Part shown: in pieces, positions 12,091-25,026 of the stretch
Layout: every line of letters begins with the position of its first letter
Position numbering within the stretch: the first letter of the stretch is position 1
Assembly (NCBI RefSeq): GCF_001447785.1
Contig: NW_015167064.1
Coordinates: 667,619 to 731,618, forward strand
From: Gekko japonicus
Lineage: Eukaryota
DNA: 64,000 bases
Reading direction: 5' to 3'
Position numbers and translations under genes: made by a program
The notes under the pieces: generated by a model
What the model saw: only the letters and a program-made list of their open reading frames with translations
What the model was told of the DNA's origin: nothing
Database searches by the model: none

Positions 12091-12704
12091 GGTTGAACGC
12101 AGTTTGTAGAAGGTAATTTTGGACAGTGTGCCCTAGAATGATCCTTTTTAATTAATTTAAACCAGGAAGATAATTTAGTACCTGAAATAACTTGCCTGTC
12201 AAAGGCAGCATCATGTGCATATACCCAGGCCTGGCAATTAAAAATCGGCCAATCCACATAGTAGAATCATGGGTGACAAACTACAAAGAAAAAAGATGGC
12301 AAAATGCACAGCACATCATGGTATCTCCCTTGAACCAGCTGCCCAACAGAGAGAGATCCAATCTTTTCCTAGCACCGAGGTACAGCAGAGGCTGAAAGAG
12401 CTTTGGCTGATTAATTTATTTTTTCATGCAGCTGATAAAAGTACAGGAGTCCAGCCAAGCAAAAGGTGGCAACTTAGCAACATAATTCATCAGTCTTCTT
12501 CCTCTCTATGTATATATAATATAGGGGCTGAATAACCCATCACATTAATCTGTATGAGTATTTCCAAGGCTTAACCAAAAAGCAAAGCTTCTGCATGGAC
12601 AGGCAATGCACTTTCATCCCACCCTCTATCACGGGTAGGGGAAGGACTGGAGATGTCATCTTATCTGACCCTATGTGACCACCCATAAAAGAAAGAAACC
12701 TTGT

Positions 12705-12900
12705 TAATATTAATAGCACTTACCAAGGACTTTCAGAAAGTTCTTCATGCACATTCTCAATAATCTTTACAAATAACCTTGCAGGGTAGACCGGTATTAA
12801 CATCCCCATATGGCTGATGTGGAGTTGAGTCTTAGAGTACCATAGCTTCCCTAAGGCCATCTAGTAAGGGTAGCTTCCCAGCCACTGCACTGCGCACTAG
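12705..12900 (-). mobile_element. MIR-like SINE remnant
   Basis: aatctttacaaataaccttgcagggtag...tattaacatccccata is the antisense MIR core. Confidence 0.6.
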
Positions 12901-14433
12901 TTGTCATTTGTGACAACTGAGAGAGCCCATCACTCACTGCAGCCCATTTCTTTTGCCCACCACTTCCTACATGACCTAATCACCATGTAGCTTTTTATTC
13001 ATTTTTCATCCCTTAAATATTTAGATCAAAGCATTCCCGTCCTACTGATCCTTTGCAGTACATAGCATGCAAAGGTTAATAGTTGAAGGTCACCGGCCCT
13101 CATCTCTCAGCACCTTGTCTGCTTTCAGAGTTGCTAATAGTAAGTGTCCCATCTGGTCCATGTATGTGTGTATGGAGGGTGGTGGTGGAATGAATTTGTA
13201 TGGTTGGGGGTGCTGAAGACTGTCTGTGTGCTGGCAGATGTAAAGAGCTTGGTGCACTGAGCCGAGTGCACCTGTTGGTTTGTTACCATCTGCTAGTCAA
13301 AATGTGAAAAAGCCACACCCTTGGACAGCCAGCTGAAGAGAACTTAATCTCTTCCCTGCAGGCCTGAAAACCCAGGCCACTGATCATGCCTTACAATAGA
13401 GGGAAGTGAAACACAAAGGCTCAAACTGTCTGAACTAGGCCTCAGGGGGAACCTAATCTGCTATCATTGTAAGGGTTTTGTTTCTTTTGAGAACAATAAG
13501 AGGGCTCTTTAAATAAATCCAAATAGCTATTACCTGATAGGAAAGTATGTTATAGACTGCTACACTAGAAAAAAAAAGTATTAGGTTAACATGGATACTC
13601 ATATTAAGCAAATTGAACCACCGTGCTATTTTGCTCTCTCTTCTCTCCATGAATGGTTTAGCGAAGTGGAACTCCGGGAAAGGAGTCTCAGTGTTATCCC
13701 TGGCTAATAGAGATGACTTGTACGTTGAAGAGTGCAGCACTTTCAAAAGCAGAGACTGGTTTTAATGCAGGCTGTGGCTTTTCCCTATAAACAATTACCT
13801 GACTGTTTAGCATGGCTCAAAGCAGTTCATGCCTCAACACCCTCTAAGAAATGTACACTATCTTTTATTTAAAAAAAAAAAACCCAAAAAACCCCTGTCC
13901 TGGAGAGACATAAAAATGCCTTTATAGTCCAACAAGTTCTCTCCTAACAGGAGAAAATACACAGAACACATTAGACAGGAATATTTATTTAGTTTGAAAA
14001 TGCTCTTAAAACATGTGGAAAGTTTCCAGTCTGGTATCATAATGCATAAGTATGTATTGCATTTAAAACCAAAAACCATGGACTTGTTTAATTTTTAAAA
14101 CAGATGTAGAATCCTCGAAATGTGTGGGTCCTGTTTGAAAAGTAAGGGTGTTCTCTTTACCTGTGGCATTCTGTGATACTAGTAATTTATGAATTAGATT
14201 TTAAATCCTACTTTTCAGCACAAATTGGGTCCCGGAATGGCTCACAGGAATTCAAAACAAATACAAACTACATTAAAATTCAATGCAAATGTTTCTTGGG
14301 GAATGGATCCTCAGCTGAGCAGGGTCCAGGCGCAATGGAGCTCCTTCCTGCCCTCCCCTTGATAGCCGAACAATGGTACTCAGAAGCTGGAGGAAGGGAC
14401 TTCTTAACTGATGTTTATATTTCCTCGTATATA

Positions 14434-14590
14434 GGTAAAGGTAAAGGTTCCCTTGCTCGAAAGCCAGTCGAGTCCGACTCTAGGGTTGCTGTGCTCATCT
14501 CCGTTTCAAAGCCGAAGAGCCAGCGCTGTCCGAAGACGTTTCTGTGGTCATGTGGCCAGCATGACTAAACACCAAGGCGCACGGAACGCT
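14434..14590 (-). mobile_element. Sauria SINE (Squam1), 5'-truncated
   Basis: (ggtaaa)n tail and gtgctcatctccgtttcaaagccgaagagccagcgctgtccgaagac...catgtggccagcatgact. Confidence 0.9.
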
Positions 14591-14629
14591 CTAGTATAGT
14601 GAGAAAGGGCATATAGAAAGAATGGACAG

Positions 14630-14861
14630 AGGTTAAAAAAATATCTTTGAACTGAGCACAAATCCTGGCGACATCTGGTGCTTCTCAGAAGTTTTCTGTT
14701 TTCACAAATGTCTATCATGGCTTTTAATTATTATTTCATATCCTAAGGTTAAAAAAAATATCTTTGCACTGAGCACAAATCCTGGCAACATCTGGTGCTT
14801 CTCAGAGGTTTTCTGTTTTCACAAATGTCTGTCATGGCTTTTAATTATTATTTCATATCCT
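14630..14861. repeat. Two-copy tandem duplication, 116-bp unit
   Basis: 14630-14745 and 14746-14861 differ by a few substitutions. Confidence 0.95.
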
Positions 14862-15183
14862 TTTGTCCTCCTGCTGTAGCCCACTGAGCCCCCGCCCAGT
14901 TATTCCTGGGGGTTAGAAACAGAATAGGGGGCAAAGTGCAGTAGGAGGGGTTGCAGAGGCAGGAGAGAAACAGCACAAATTGCTATTCCTTCTTCCTCAA
15001 AAAGAAGTGCTGTTCCATTGGAGGAACAGTGTGGCCACTGGCTCTAAAAGTGCTTTACTAACTTGTCACAGGAGATAGGTCAATAATACTAGGATAAAAG
15101 CCAACTGGTATCTACTTTCTGACTACTTTCCAAGTTTGCATTGTGCCATGTAGTGAGTCCATTGACTGAGCAGTGATTTCAAC

Positions 15184-15500
15184 CCATGTCTTTATGGCAC
15201 TGTTTCACACTGTCTCTGGCATGTCTCGTGATCAAGTCATGGGACGGGAAAAAATCTGAGGTTGCTGCACTACAGGTAAGGGATGCTGCCCTTACCTGCA
15301 GTGCGGCAGCAGCCTCCATCCAGAGTAATACTAACAACTTTAACCATGTCTTTATGGCAAGACCTAATGCACTGTTTCACACTGTCTCTGGCGTGTCTCG
15401 TGATCAAGTCATGGGACGGGAAAAAATCTGAAGATCTTTGAGTCTCCCCTTACCTGTAGTGCGGCAGCATCCTCCATCCAGAGTAATACTAACAACTTTA
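15184..15500. repeat. Two-copy tandem duplication (about 160-bp unit) with an inverted insert in copy 1
   Basis: Units start with ccatgtctttatggca at 15184 and 15344; hairpin at 15261-15310. Confidence 0.93.
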
Positions 15501-15834
15501 GTCTGAACTCTCCCTTGCATGCATCTAATGGGTGACGAGTATTGCCTACCCAAAACCCCATCAGAGTTTGGCAATGCAATTGGTAAAAGGCGTTTGCTGT
15601 ATTCATGGTTTGCTGGATGGAGTCATTTTTAGATTGGTGGATTTCGGCATTTTATGGTACATCTAGGCCCAAATGACTGTGGTGACTGGCTTTACCCACC
15701 AAGCTGAAATTTTGGGACTGGAAGCTCCCAAGGCATTTTGAAAAAATTGAAGTAGCTCCAACAAACATAGCCTGCCTTCCCTTATCTAGGCCATACTGAC
15801 TCTAAGTTCATGCATAAAACTTACCTGTTGTCAT

Positions 15835-16090
15835 CAGGGGTCGTTTAGTAGAAAAAGAGCTAGGGGAACTCATTAGCATAACTCATTAGCATATGCCACA
15901 CCCCCTGACATCACCGGAAGTGTGTCATAAGGCCACACACCCAACCCCCACCGGAAGCAACTTACCCTCCCCCTTCTCGTGCCTCCTCCTGGCTGAATGA
16001 GGGCCGGAAGTAGGGCGGCCGGAAGCCCCGCCCCCGTACCTCACCCGGGGGAACTGCGATCCCCCGCGATCCCCCCTGAAATGACCTCTG
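15835..16090. mobile_element. hAT MITE
   Basis: TIRs caggggtcgttt / aaatgacctctg; perfect 8-bp TSD gttgtcat (15827-15834, 16091-16098). Confidence 0.9.
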
Positions 16091-18669
16091 GTTGTCATCA
16101 ACAAAGCCCCATTAACTCCTAAATTGTTGTTGAGGCTTCGGGCTTTGTATTAAAGTTCGGACCAACTACTTATTATCACCAAAGTACATATGTGGCAATA
16201 AGCTTGCAAGGACCAAACAGCACCTTGCAGGATTGGCCCGTGTGTGTGTTTTGCAAAGAAGTGATGAAGAAAGCGTTATTCCTTGAAAATCTTTTTTCAC
16301 TTTATCTTGAAGGGGAAGCATGGGAAAGGCACTGAGGCTATCCGAAAGCAAACAGTAAGTAGAAGTATATTACATTACTGCCTAGAAATCCAACTTCAAA
16401 AGAAGTTTAAATATTAAAACATAAATTACAACTTCCCTCTTTAAATATGCACAAGATAATCCCAAACAAATGTTATAACAAGCTCCTCTGTTAAATCACT
16501 TCTACCAAGAGAACAGTCACTATTTTATTTTCACTAATGCTTAGATACAGGGAAATCTTGATTGGTAATTCAAAATATTCTTGTTGAGAGGTTCCAAGGA
16601 CACTTAGGCAAAAGAAGCCTTCCAGTTACTGTTTTCTTTTTTTCTTCCCCCCCGCCACTCCTCTTTAATAGCACAATAAAATTACCTGTATTATGCTCCC
16701 GGCCCTTTCATTTTGATTTCTTCTGAATTGTATGCCATTTTAAAGAATGCTGGAGGAACATAGAACCAAATTAACACCTTGAAAACCAACCATATTGTGG
16801 TCTTTTAAATAAATGGTTTCACTTCTGCCCTGAGGCAAAATGTGGCTTGTAAACTTGAGATGCGCTACCTTTAGGCGGTCGGCAATCACTTTAGAAACAT
16901 TAAAGGAGGCAACATATGGTGCCACGATGCAATCTTGAAAATGTTCTAAAGGTACACGTTTCTCGCCTCGGTGGTACAAGCCCTACTTTTAAATAAAACA
17001 TAGTATCATATGGCTCAGCCTTAAAGATTGTAACAGAAATGGCTGCCGATCTGGTCATCTCCGTCGGAAGAAAAGCATTATAAGTCTCTGGAAATTCACA
17101 TTCATAATTTCTTTTCAGCATATAGGGAGACTTGCAAACCAACTACCAAGCCTCTTTCCCACCCCGCACACATTTCCTCATGCACACACACAGTCTCATT
17201 CATACAAACATAAGCCCTCTGTTTTTCTAAAGCTCCCTCTCATATCTTTCTGGCTGCTGCTATCAGCAGGGTCATATTATTCACATTGAAATATATATCT
17301 TATTGTGGAATATAACGTGAAAAATTATTCTGTGCTCAAGAACAGATTTAAAGTGTTTTTTTTTTTACGATCCCCCCTGAAATGACCTCTGGTTGTCATC
17401 AACAAAGCCCCATTAACTCCTAAATTGTTGTTGAGGCTTCGGGCTTTGTATTAAAGTTCGGACCAACTACTTATTATCACCAAAGTACATATGTGGCAAT
17501 AAGCTTGCAAGGACCAAACAGCACCTTGCAGGATTGGCCCGTGTGTGTGTTTTGCAAAGAAGTGATGAAGAAAGCGTTATTCCTTGAAAATCTTTTTTCA
17601 CTTTATCTTGAAGGGGAAGCATGGGAAAGGCACTGAGGCTATCCGAAAGCAAACAGTAAGTAGAAGTATATTACATTACTGCCTAGAAATCCAACTTCAA
17701 AAGAAGTTTAAATATTAAAACATAAATTACAACTTCCCTCTTTAAATATGCACAAGATAATCCCAAACAAATGTTATAACAAGCTCCTCTGTTAAATCAC
17801 TTCTACCAAGAGAACAGTCACTATTTTATTTTCACTAATGCTTAGATACAGGGAAATCTTGATTGGTAATTCAAAATATTCTTGTTGAGAGGTTCCAAGG
17901 ACACTTAGGCAAAAGAAGCCTTCCAGTTACTGTTTTCTTTTTTTCTTCCCCCCCGCCACTCCTCTTTAATAGCACAATAAAATTACCTGTATTATGCTCC
18001 CGGCCCTTTCATTTTGATTTCTTCTGAATTGTATGCCATTTTAAAGAATGCTGGAGGAACATAGAACCAAATTAACACCTTGAAAACCAACCATATTGTG
18101 GTCTTTTAAATAAATGGTTTCACTTCTGCCCTGAGGCAAAATGTGGCTTGTAAACTTGAGATGCGCTACCTTTAGGCGGTCGGCAATCACTTTAGAAACA
18201 TTAAAGGAGGCAACATATGGTGCCACGATGCAATCTTGAAAATGTTCTAAAGGTACACGTTTCTCGCCTCGGTGGTACAAGCCCTACTTTTAAATAAAAC
18301 ATAGTATCATATGGCTCAGCCTTAAAGATTGTAACAGAAATGGCTGCCGATCTGGTCATCTCCGTCGGAAGAAAAGCATTATAAGTCTCTGGAAATTCAC
18401 ATTCATAATTTCTTTTCAGCATATAGGGAGACTTGCAAACCAACTACCAAGCCTCTTTCCCACCCCGCACACATTTCCTCATGCACACACACAGTCTCAT
18501 TCATACAAACATAAGCCCTCTGTTTTTCTAAAGCTCCCTCTCATATCTTTCTGGCTGCTGCTATCAGCAGGGTCATATTATTCACATTGAAATATATATC
18601 TTATTGTGGAATATAACGTGAAAAATTATTCTGTGCTCAAGAACAGATTTAAAGTGTTTTTTTTTTTTA
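16067..18669. repeat. 1301-bp tandem duplication, copies essentially identical
   Basis: 16067-17367 and 17368-18669; three ORFs in the track recur identically at +1301. The only difference I see is terminal poly-T length. Confidence 0.97.
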
Positions 18670-18979
18670 AAGGTAAAGTCAGAGGATCATTTATGACAGA
18701 AAAAGGTCACCACATGGTGAAACTATCTAGCGAAGGCATCCCCATATGGATGGGTTTATATTTAACAGTCTTAATGGAAGGCTGATAAACTGGCAGCCCA
18801 TATGATCACTCTAACCTACAATGCCCTTTCATCCCACCCACCCCACTGGCAACAGTTCTACTACCAAATGAAACAAGGGCTGGTTATCAAATACATTTTA
18901 TGCACTTCCACTTCTAAGGAAAACGCAATGATTTCTTAAAGCTAAGGTATTAGAGATATTCCAAGAGTGTAATCCTACA

Positions 18980-19056
18980 CTCCGACAAAAGGGGCTTTGA
19001 CTCTCGAAAATGTATACCCTGAAAATCTTGTTGGTCTCTAAGGTGCTACTGGACTC
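18980..19056 (+). mobile_element. Penelope-like element terminal fragment
   Basis: ...gactctcgaaaatgtataccctgaaaatcttgttggtctctaaggtgctactggactc, homologous to the 44.6-kb copy. Confidence 0.7.
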
Positions 19057-19129
19057 AGGTCTCACTATGGTTTTTGGAGGGGTTTTGTATGCAATAGCCA
19101 GTGGAACTTTAGCTCATATGCAGCATATA

Positions 19130-19655
19130 CACTGATACTAAGTAAGAGATTATTGATCAATCTAGTTCCGGTTGTCTCGAGGGTTCTTACCAAAGAAATG
19201 TCTTTCCAAGTCCTGCTGCCTGAGATCATTTAACTGGCAATGTCAGCAGTCAAACCTGGTAAGATAAAGGTTCCCTTGCTCAAAAGCCAGTCGAATCCGA
19301 CTCTAGGGTTGCGGTGCTCATCTCCGTTTCAAAGCCGAAGAGCCAGCGCTGTCCGAAGACGTTTCCGTGGTCATGTGGCCAGCATGACTAAACATCAAGG
19401 CGCACGGAACGCTGTTCCCTTCCCACCGAAGTGGTACCTCTTTATCTACTTGCAATTTCTTGCTTTCGAACTGCTAGGTTGGCAGGAGCTGGAACTAGAG
19501 ACAGGAGCTCACCCTGTCTTGTGGCACCCGGGTCTTGAACCGCTGAACTACTGACCTTCCACAGCCTGCAGTTCAGCATCTTAACCACTTGAGCCACCGC
19601 AGCTCCTGGTACCTTTCACATAAAAAAGATGTACTCTACTGCTAAGCCATGGTTC
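19130..19655 (-). mobile_element. tRNA-derived SINE with CR1-like tail (Squam2-like), split by a Sauria SINE
   Basis: tttaactggcaatgtcagcagtcaaacctggt|acctttcacat...actctactgctaagccatgg is an antisense B-box/A-box head. Related copies lie at about 49420-49550 and 61565-61975. Confidence 0.6.
19258..19606 (-). mobile_element. Sauria SINE, full length
   Basis: Tail through to tRNA-like head (cttaaccacttgagccaccgcagctcc); short TSD tggta. Confidence 0.93.
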
Positions 19656-20293
19656 TGTCCAGAAAGACAGGCTTTGTCTTGACTGTGGTGGGATTCAGCC
19701 CTCCGTCTCCTGTTTCTCTTTGTAGTATTCCATGTCACCAAGCTACTAGGTAGCTCACAAGAACATGGCAGTCCTCACATTTATGCCAATTGTCATGAAT
19801 GTGGAGGCCTGCATAGAGACTGGGCCCGTAGATTAAGGATCTGAGATAGCTCTACTGATTGAGCTACCCAGTCCCATAGTTGTGATTGTTGGGGAGCACT
19901 GATTTTGACTTTAAACTCTGACTACCCATATCTGAAGAGCTGAGTGTCCCCAACAGAGCAAAAAAGAACATTTGTCCGTTAACTGCTTTCTAAGTCTGTA
20001 GCTAAATATATATCTTGACTCTGATGAGTGTGTGTGAGTAAAGTGCTGCCAATTTGCAGCTGACTTATATGACCCCAGAGGGCTTTTAAGGCAACAGTCA
20101 AACACAGGCTATGATCACACACTAAATAATCCACTTTCAATGCACTTTCCAATTGGATTTTGCCAGTTCACATGCTAAAATCCAGTTGGAAAATGCATTG
20201 GGCACTATTTGAGACAGGATGCTGGACTAGATGGACCAGTGGTCTGATCCAGCATGGGTCTTCTTTTCTAATGTGATATTCATTATTTTTTTC

Positions 20294-20566
20294 TTTGGTG
20301 TCGTGGTTAAGTGTGTGGGCTCTTCTGGGAGAATCGGGTGTCATTCCCCACTCCTCCACTTGCAGCTGCTGGATGACCTTGGGCAAACTATAGTTCTGTT
20401 AGAGCTGTTCTCTCAAGGACAGTTCTGGAAAGAGCTCTCTCAGCCCCACCTACCTCACAGGGTGTCTCTTGTGGGGAGGGGAAGGGAAAGGAGTTTGTAA
20501 ACCACTCTGAGACTCCGTGGGGTATAAATCCAATCTCCTCCTCCACCACCACCTCCTCCTCCTTCT
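20294..20566 (+). mobile_element. Squam3-type SINE
   Basis: tttggtgtcgtggttaag head, ctctcagccccacctacctcacagggtg core, (CCT)n-like tail. Confidence 0.9.
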
Positions 20567-20796
20567 CAATAAACGTAATAATTACTGGTACATCCTTAGC
20601 CTTGCAGAGAGATGTTTTAATTAAAATCCAAAGCACTGCTATGGGAAGAGCTAATCGATTATAAGAAACACAGTTCTTGAGAGATCCCCCCCTTCTGCTG
20701 GCTGGGGCTTGCTGTGGCCAGCAAAAAGTTGGAAGGAAACAGCTGGCTGCTGTTTTCTAAACTGTCTTCTGCAGTCACATGAACTGTGTTTAAAAC

Positions 20797-21690
20797 ATAA
20801 ACGGGCACTAAAGTTCATCATGAATTTTGGCCTTTTCAGTGTTCACGAACCAAAGTTCATGAACTGAAGAACTAGGATGAATTACCATGAATTCTGGGCA
20901 CAATTCATGGTAGCTCATGATGATTCATGAACAGCAGCTTGGAGCAGTTCTTTCTGCTCTTCAGGAGAAACAGCTAAGCAGCTTAGAACCATTTAAACTA
21001 CTGCTGCTTTCTGCTCTCTGCAGCTTTCTGTGGGGAACAGAAAATAGGGTTTTAAATGGCTCTAGTTTCTGCTTTCCATGAAAAGCCATGGGGAGCAGAA
21101 AGTAGGGTTTAAAGGGAAGGGGTGAAGTCCCTTCCCAGGAAATCTTCTCTCCCTCCTTTCTGCTGGCAGCAGCTCCCCGGGGCCAGCAGAAAGGAAGGGG
21201 GGGGGGAGATCTCCCTTCCCAGGCCAGCAGAAAGGTAGAAGGGAAGTTCGTTCTGCTGGCCAGGGCTCATCATGGCCATCGAAAAGTTGGAAGGGAAGTC
21301 CTTTCTTGGGAGGGACCTCCTTTCTGCTGGCTGCTGTTTCTTGGGCTGTCTTCAGTCCTTTTAAAGTTCATAGGGACTACAGAAGATAGTGCAAAACAGC
21401 TGCACAGTGAGAAACACCTCCCCACCTCACAGCTGTTTTTTGTGCTGTTTTGCAGTCCCTTTAAACTGTCCTTTAAAGGGACTGCACAAGACAGCCTGAA
21501 ACAGCTGAGCTCAGCTGTTTTTCAAATTTTCTGCAAATCCCGTTTAAAGAAACTGTGGTCCCTTTCAATGGGGTTTGCAGGGCCATGAACTGCAGAAACC
21601 AGTTTGGTTCATAAATGAGCCTCCCCTTTTGGTTCAGTTAGGAACCACAACCGAACTGAACCACACTTTCCCGGTTCTTTCCCATTCGTA
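20797..21690. mobile_element. Degraded non-autonomous DNA transposon (hAT-like) with gaacc/ggttc subterminal repeats
   Basis: Clusters of gttcatgaac / gaaccgaac motifs at both ends; decayed ends cgggcac ... cccattcgta. No clean TSD. Confidence 0.5.
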
Positions 21691-22850
21691 TATGAGGAAC
21701 AGAATTTCTAGTGCTGCCCTGTTATCAGCAAGCTAAAATCCCAGAGACAACTAGAAAAGGTCTGGAGAACCAGGAAAGGTCTGGAATAAGGGAAAGTGAG
21801 CTGGATTCAGACTGTAGCAAATCAAGTGCCAGTAGCTGGTCAGGGGCTAGAACAGTAGAATTCAATCCAACAAACTTGAGTCCTTCCTCATTTTCTCAAA
21901 GAACGGCCTGATGACTACAGACTATTCAGATTTATCCTATGAATCAAAGTTGCAATCAAAGTTACAATAGATTAAATAGGTGGTGCTAGAATACTGTGTG
22001 AATTCTGGTCCCATTGAATGGACTTTGATGGCCCCCTGCATTCTTGGGGAAAGGAGGAACAAAATCTGGAGAAGATGGCAAGCCCAAAGGGTTTGGGTAG
22101 AACAACCTTGGGATGGAATTATGAATTGTTCTGTTTTGAAAGAGGATGACTGTTGAGGAGCACGGCCTCAAAACACTTTTCTCCTGGGTTGTGACTTTTG
22201 TCACTGCCTTCAGTTACTGCGTTTATTGGGACTTCTCTTGCCTCTGTCAAAGCAGCATAGTTTAACAGTGGAAAAGACCTGGGCTCCTGGAATCCTGTTG
22301 TTTCAGACACTTTCAGCAATGCTACATACACATCTCCATCTGGGATTTCCGTCCCCCACTCCCCCCCCCCCCCCGGTGCTGCTTTCTTGACAAATCTCTT
22401 GGGGCAATTCCCAGCTGTCTGTTTTATTTTTGAGGTGCCGTTTTCCTTGGTGGATCTGTTCAAACATCTGAAAAGTCTGAGCTGTTATATTAAAAGTATA
22501 AGCTGCTTTCCAAATTGAAGAAAGGGGCTTTCAAGGAATCTCGTAACAATACATAGTCACATCACTCACTGCTCTTCACTTTCAGACCATGCTATCTGAG
22601 CTGTTAAAAGGACGACACCTCAAAACCCTGTATGATCAATGTATCTGTCTGTGCGGGATTTAGAATGCCCTCTGTATATTGGCCCCAGAATCAAATTTCT
22701 TAACCCAGTCCTAACAACTTTACAATCCACATCAGGCATTGAAATAGTAACCCTTTTGCTCTCAGACGTCAATCCCACTATCTCCTATAGAATGGCACTT
22801 TATGCTCATGCTGCAAAGAAAATTAGAGATAAGGCTATGGAATGACTGTA

Positions 22851-23074
22851 CATAAGAACATAAGAGATGCCAATGTTGGATCAGGCCAAAGGCCCATCCA
22901 GTCCAACACTCTGTATCACACAGTGGCCAGAAATACCAGTGCCATCAGGAGGTCCACCAGTGGGGCCAGGACATTAGAAGCCCTCCCACTGTTGACCCTC
23001 CCCCCCAAGCACCAAGATGACAGAGCATCACTTGCCCCAGAGTCCCTATCTATACCTTGTGGCTAATAGCCACT
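22851..23074 (-). mobile_element. CR1 LINE 3' UTR
   Basis: cataagaacataagaga...ttggatcaggcc...cccatccagtccaacactctg; same subfamily as 47140-47358 and 61741-61890. Confidence 0.88.
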
Positions 23075-24102
23075 GTACTTTCAGAATGTGCTATTTGAGA
23101 AACCTGATTTTAAAACATATTCATACTTCATCTATATATTTTAATTTTCTTTTAAATGTATTGTCAATCTTTGTACTGTTTTTTTACATGCAATAAACTT
23201 TGAACTGAACTGAATACATAGTCACATCTAATGGTTACAAGTATTAGCTTAGTCAAGACAAACTCTTTAAATGAATTTGAAAAACTATACAGTTCCACAA
23301 AGAACTATTTAAAAAACTCACTGACCTAAAGATTTCAATAGAACGGGCAAGCAATACTATGCATATTTGCCTCCGTGTAAGCCCCAGTTTTGTCTGAAAA
23401 CATACTTTCCTACACAAATATAAATCCTATTTCCAGAAACATACTTGATGGGGAAAAGCTGCCATTTCATTCTTGCAGTAATCTGGAATCTATAGAAATG
23501 TTATGATGATATTTAGGAATCAAACCAAATATGAGACTGGGAGATCTTTTAAAGCAGAATGATATTAAGTATTGGCTTCAATATTCTGGAAGATGCTGTG
23601 GGCAAGGACAGTCACACCTGCATTGCATGGTGCTACCTAGAAATAACATCATTGTGTCAGAGTGGCATTCTAGGATTTTCCCAAAACTCTATGGTCGAGT
23701 ACATTTTAGAGCACTGCCCTGACACAATGATATCACTTCTGAAATGGTGTAGCATGTCAGTGCAAGACTGTTAAGCTCCCTCCCCCTCCCCCTCCATTCC
23801 CCCCCCCCTCACTGGCCTATGAAGCTGGATTCCCCCTACTTCACACAAAGGTATAATGAAGTCTCAACTAACTTTATCAGAGACCAAAGTTAGGCCTAGA
23901 GCATACTGTTAACTGCAGCCACCAACCTGGAACTGCTAGGCCAGATACACAGAGTATGTCTTATAGGTACAATAACAGTATTAGTGACTGACTCCCCTGT
24001 TACTAGTCCTGTGAGGGGATGAAAAAAAATCACCCTGCCATTTTTCAGGAATAGTAGCAGCCCAGAGAGAGAATGACAAAGATCACCAAAACTGCACACA
24101 GA

Positions 24103-24431
24103 TAAGGCAGCCAAATGTGGGCGGGGGGCGGGGAACCCCCCATTTGAAGCCCCGATTTCCGATGCGGCGGAATCGGGGCCTGGGGGAACCCCGCCCCCTG
24201 TGTGTGCGTCACTAGCATCCCAGGCACCAGACAACCCCCTTGCAAGCCGGGCCCACGGCCATACAAGGGGAAACTCTATGGTTTTCCCTTGTATGGCCGT
24301 GACCCCGCCCCCAGCATGCCCAGCGTGCCTACGTTACTTCCGGGTGATGTGCACGTGGTGCGCGCGCACACACAGCCCCAACGCTGGCCAGGAGCCCCCT
24401 GCTCCCGGCGAAGACGGATTTGGCAACCCTA
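24103..24431. mobile_element. hAT MITE (TAGGGTTGCC family, CpG-rich)
   Basis: Ends taaggcagcc / tggcaacccta; perfect 8-bp TSD cacacaga. Confidence 0.9.
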
Positions 24432-24621
24432 CACACAGATCTGCATCCCAAATCAGAACCAGTGTCCAACACAATGCTGTTGTGCTCATCCAGCCTTTAC
24501 ACCATTGAAAAAGGCAACGTTTCCTCTTGCACATCCTGAGTCCTGTACATTATGAACACATGAAGCAATCACAAATGCATAATGTTGGAAACAGCACCAC
24601 TAAGCAAATGTAATACATTAT

Positions 24622-24972
24622 ATAGTAAAGGTAAAGGTTCCCTTGCTCGAAAGCCAGTCGAATCTGACTCTAGGGTTGCGGTGCTCATCTCTGTTTCAAA
24701 GCCAAAGAGCCAGCGCTGTCCGAAGACGTTTCTGTGGTCATGTGGTCGGCATGACTAAACATCAAGGCGCACGGAACGCTATTACCTTCCTACCGAAGTG
24801 GTACCTATTTATCTACTTGAATTTCTTGCTTTCAAACTGCTAGGTTGGCAGGAGCTGGAACTAGAGATGGGAGCGCACTCCATCATGCGGCACCTGGGTC
24901 TCAAACTGCTGAACTACTGACCTTCCACAGCCTGCAGTTCAGCGTCTTAACCACTTGAGCCACCGCAGCTCC
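24622..24972 (-). mobile_element. Sauria SINE, full length
   Basis: Full body with 11-bp TSD taatacattat (24611-24621, 24973-24983). Confidence 0.95.
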
Positions 24973-25026
24973 TAATACATTATCTAACATTATACATATC
25001 TTTTTATTGTATATACTCTGTTGACT

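Noticed and set aside
14630-15500. Repeat-spacer-like appearance suggesting a CRISPR array
   Set aside because: These are two-copy tandem duplications without unique spacers, in eukaryotic DNA with no cas genes.
16740-16979. VSKVIADRLK in the duplicated block, reminiscent of LINE RT (K..A.RLK)
   Set aside because: None of the flanking RT motifs (YRPISL, Q.GF, LD..KAFD) are present; treated as chance.
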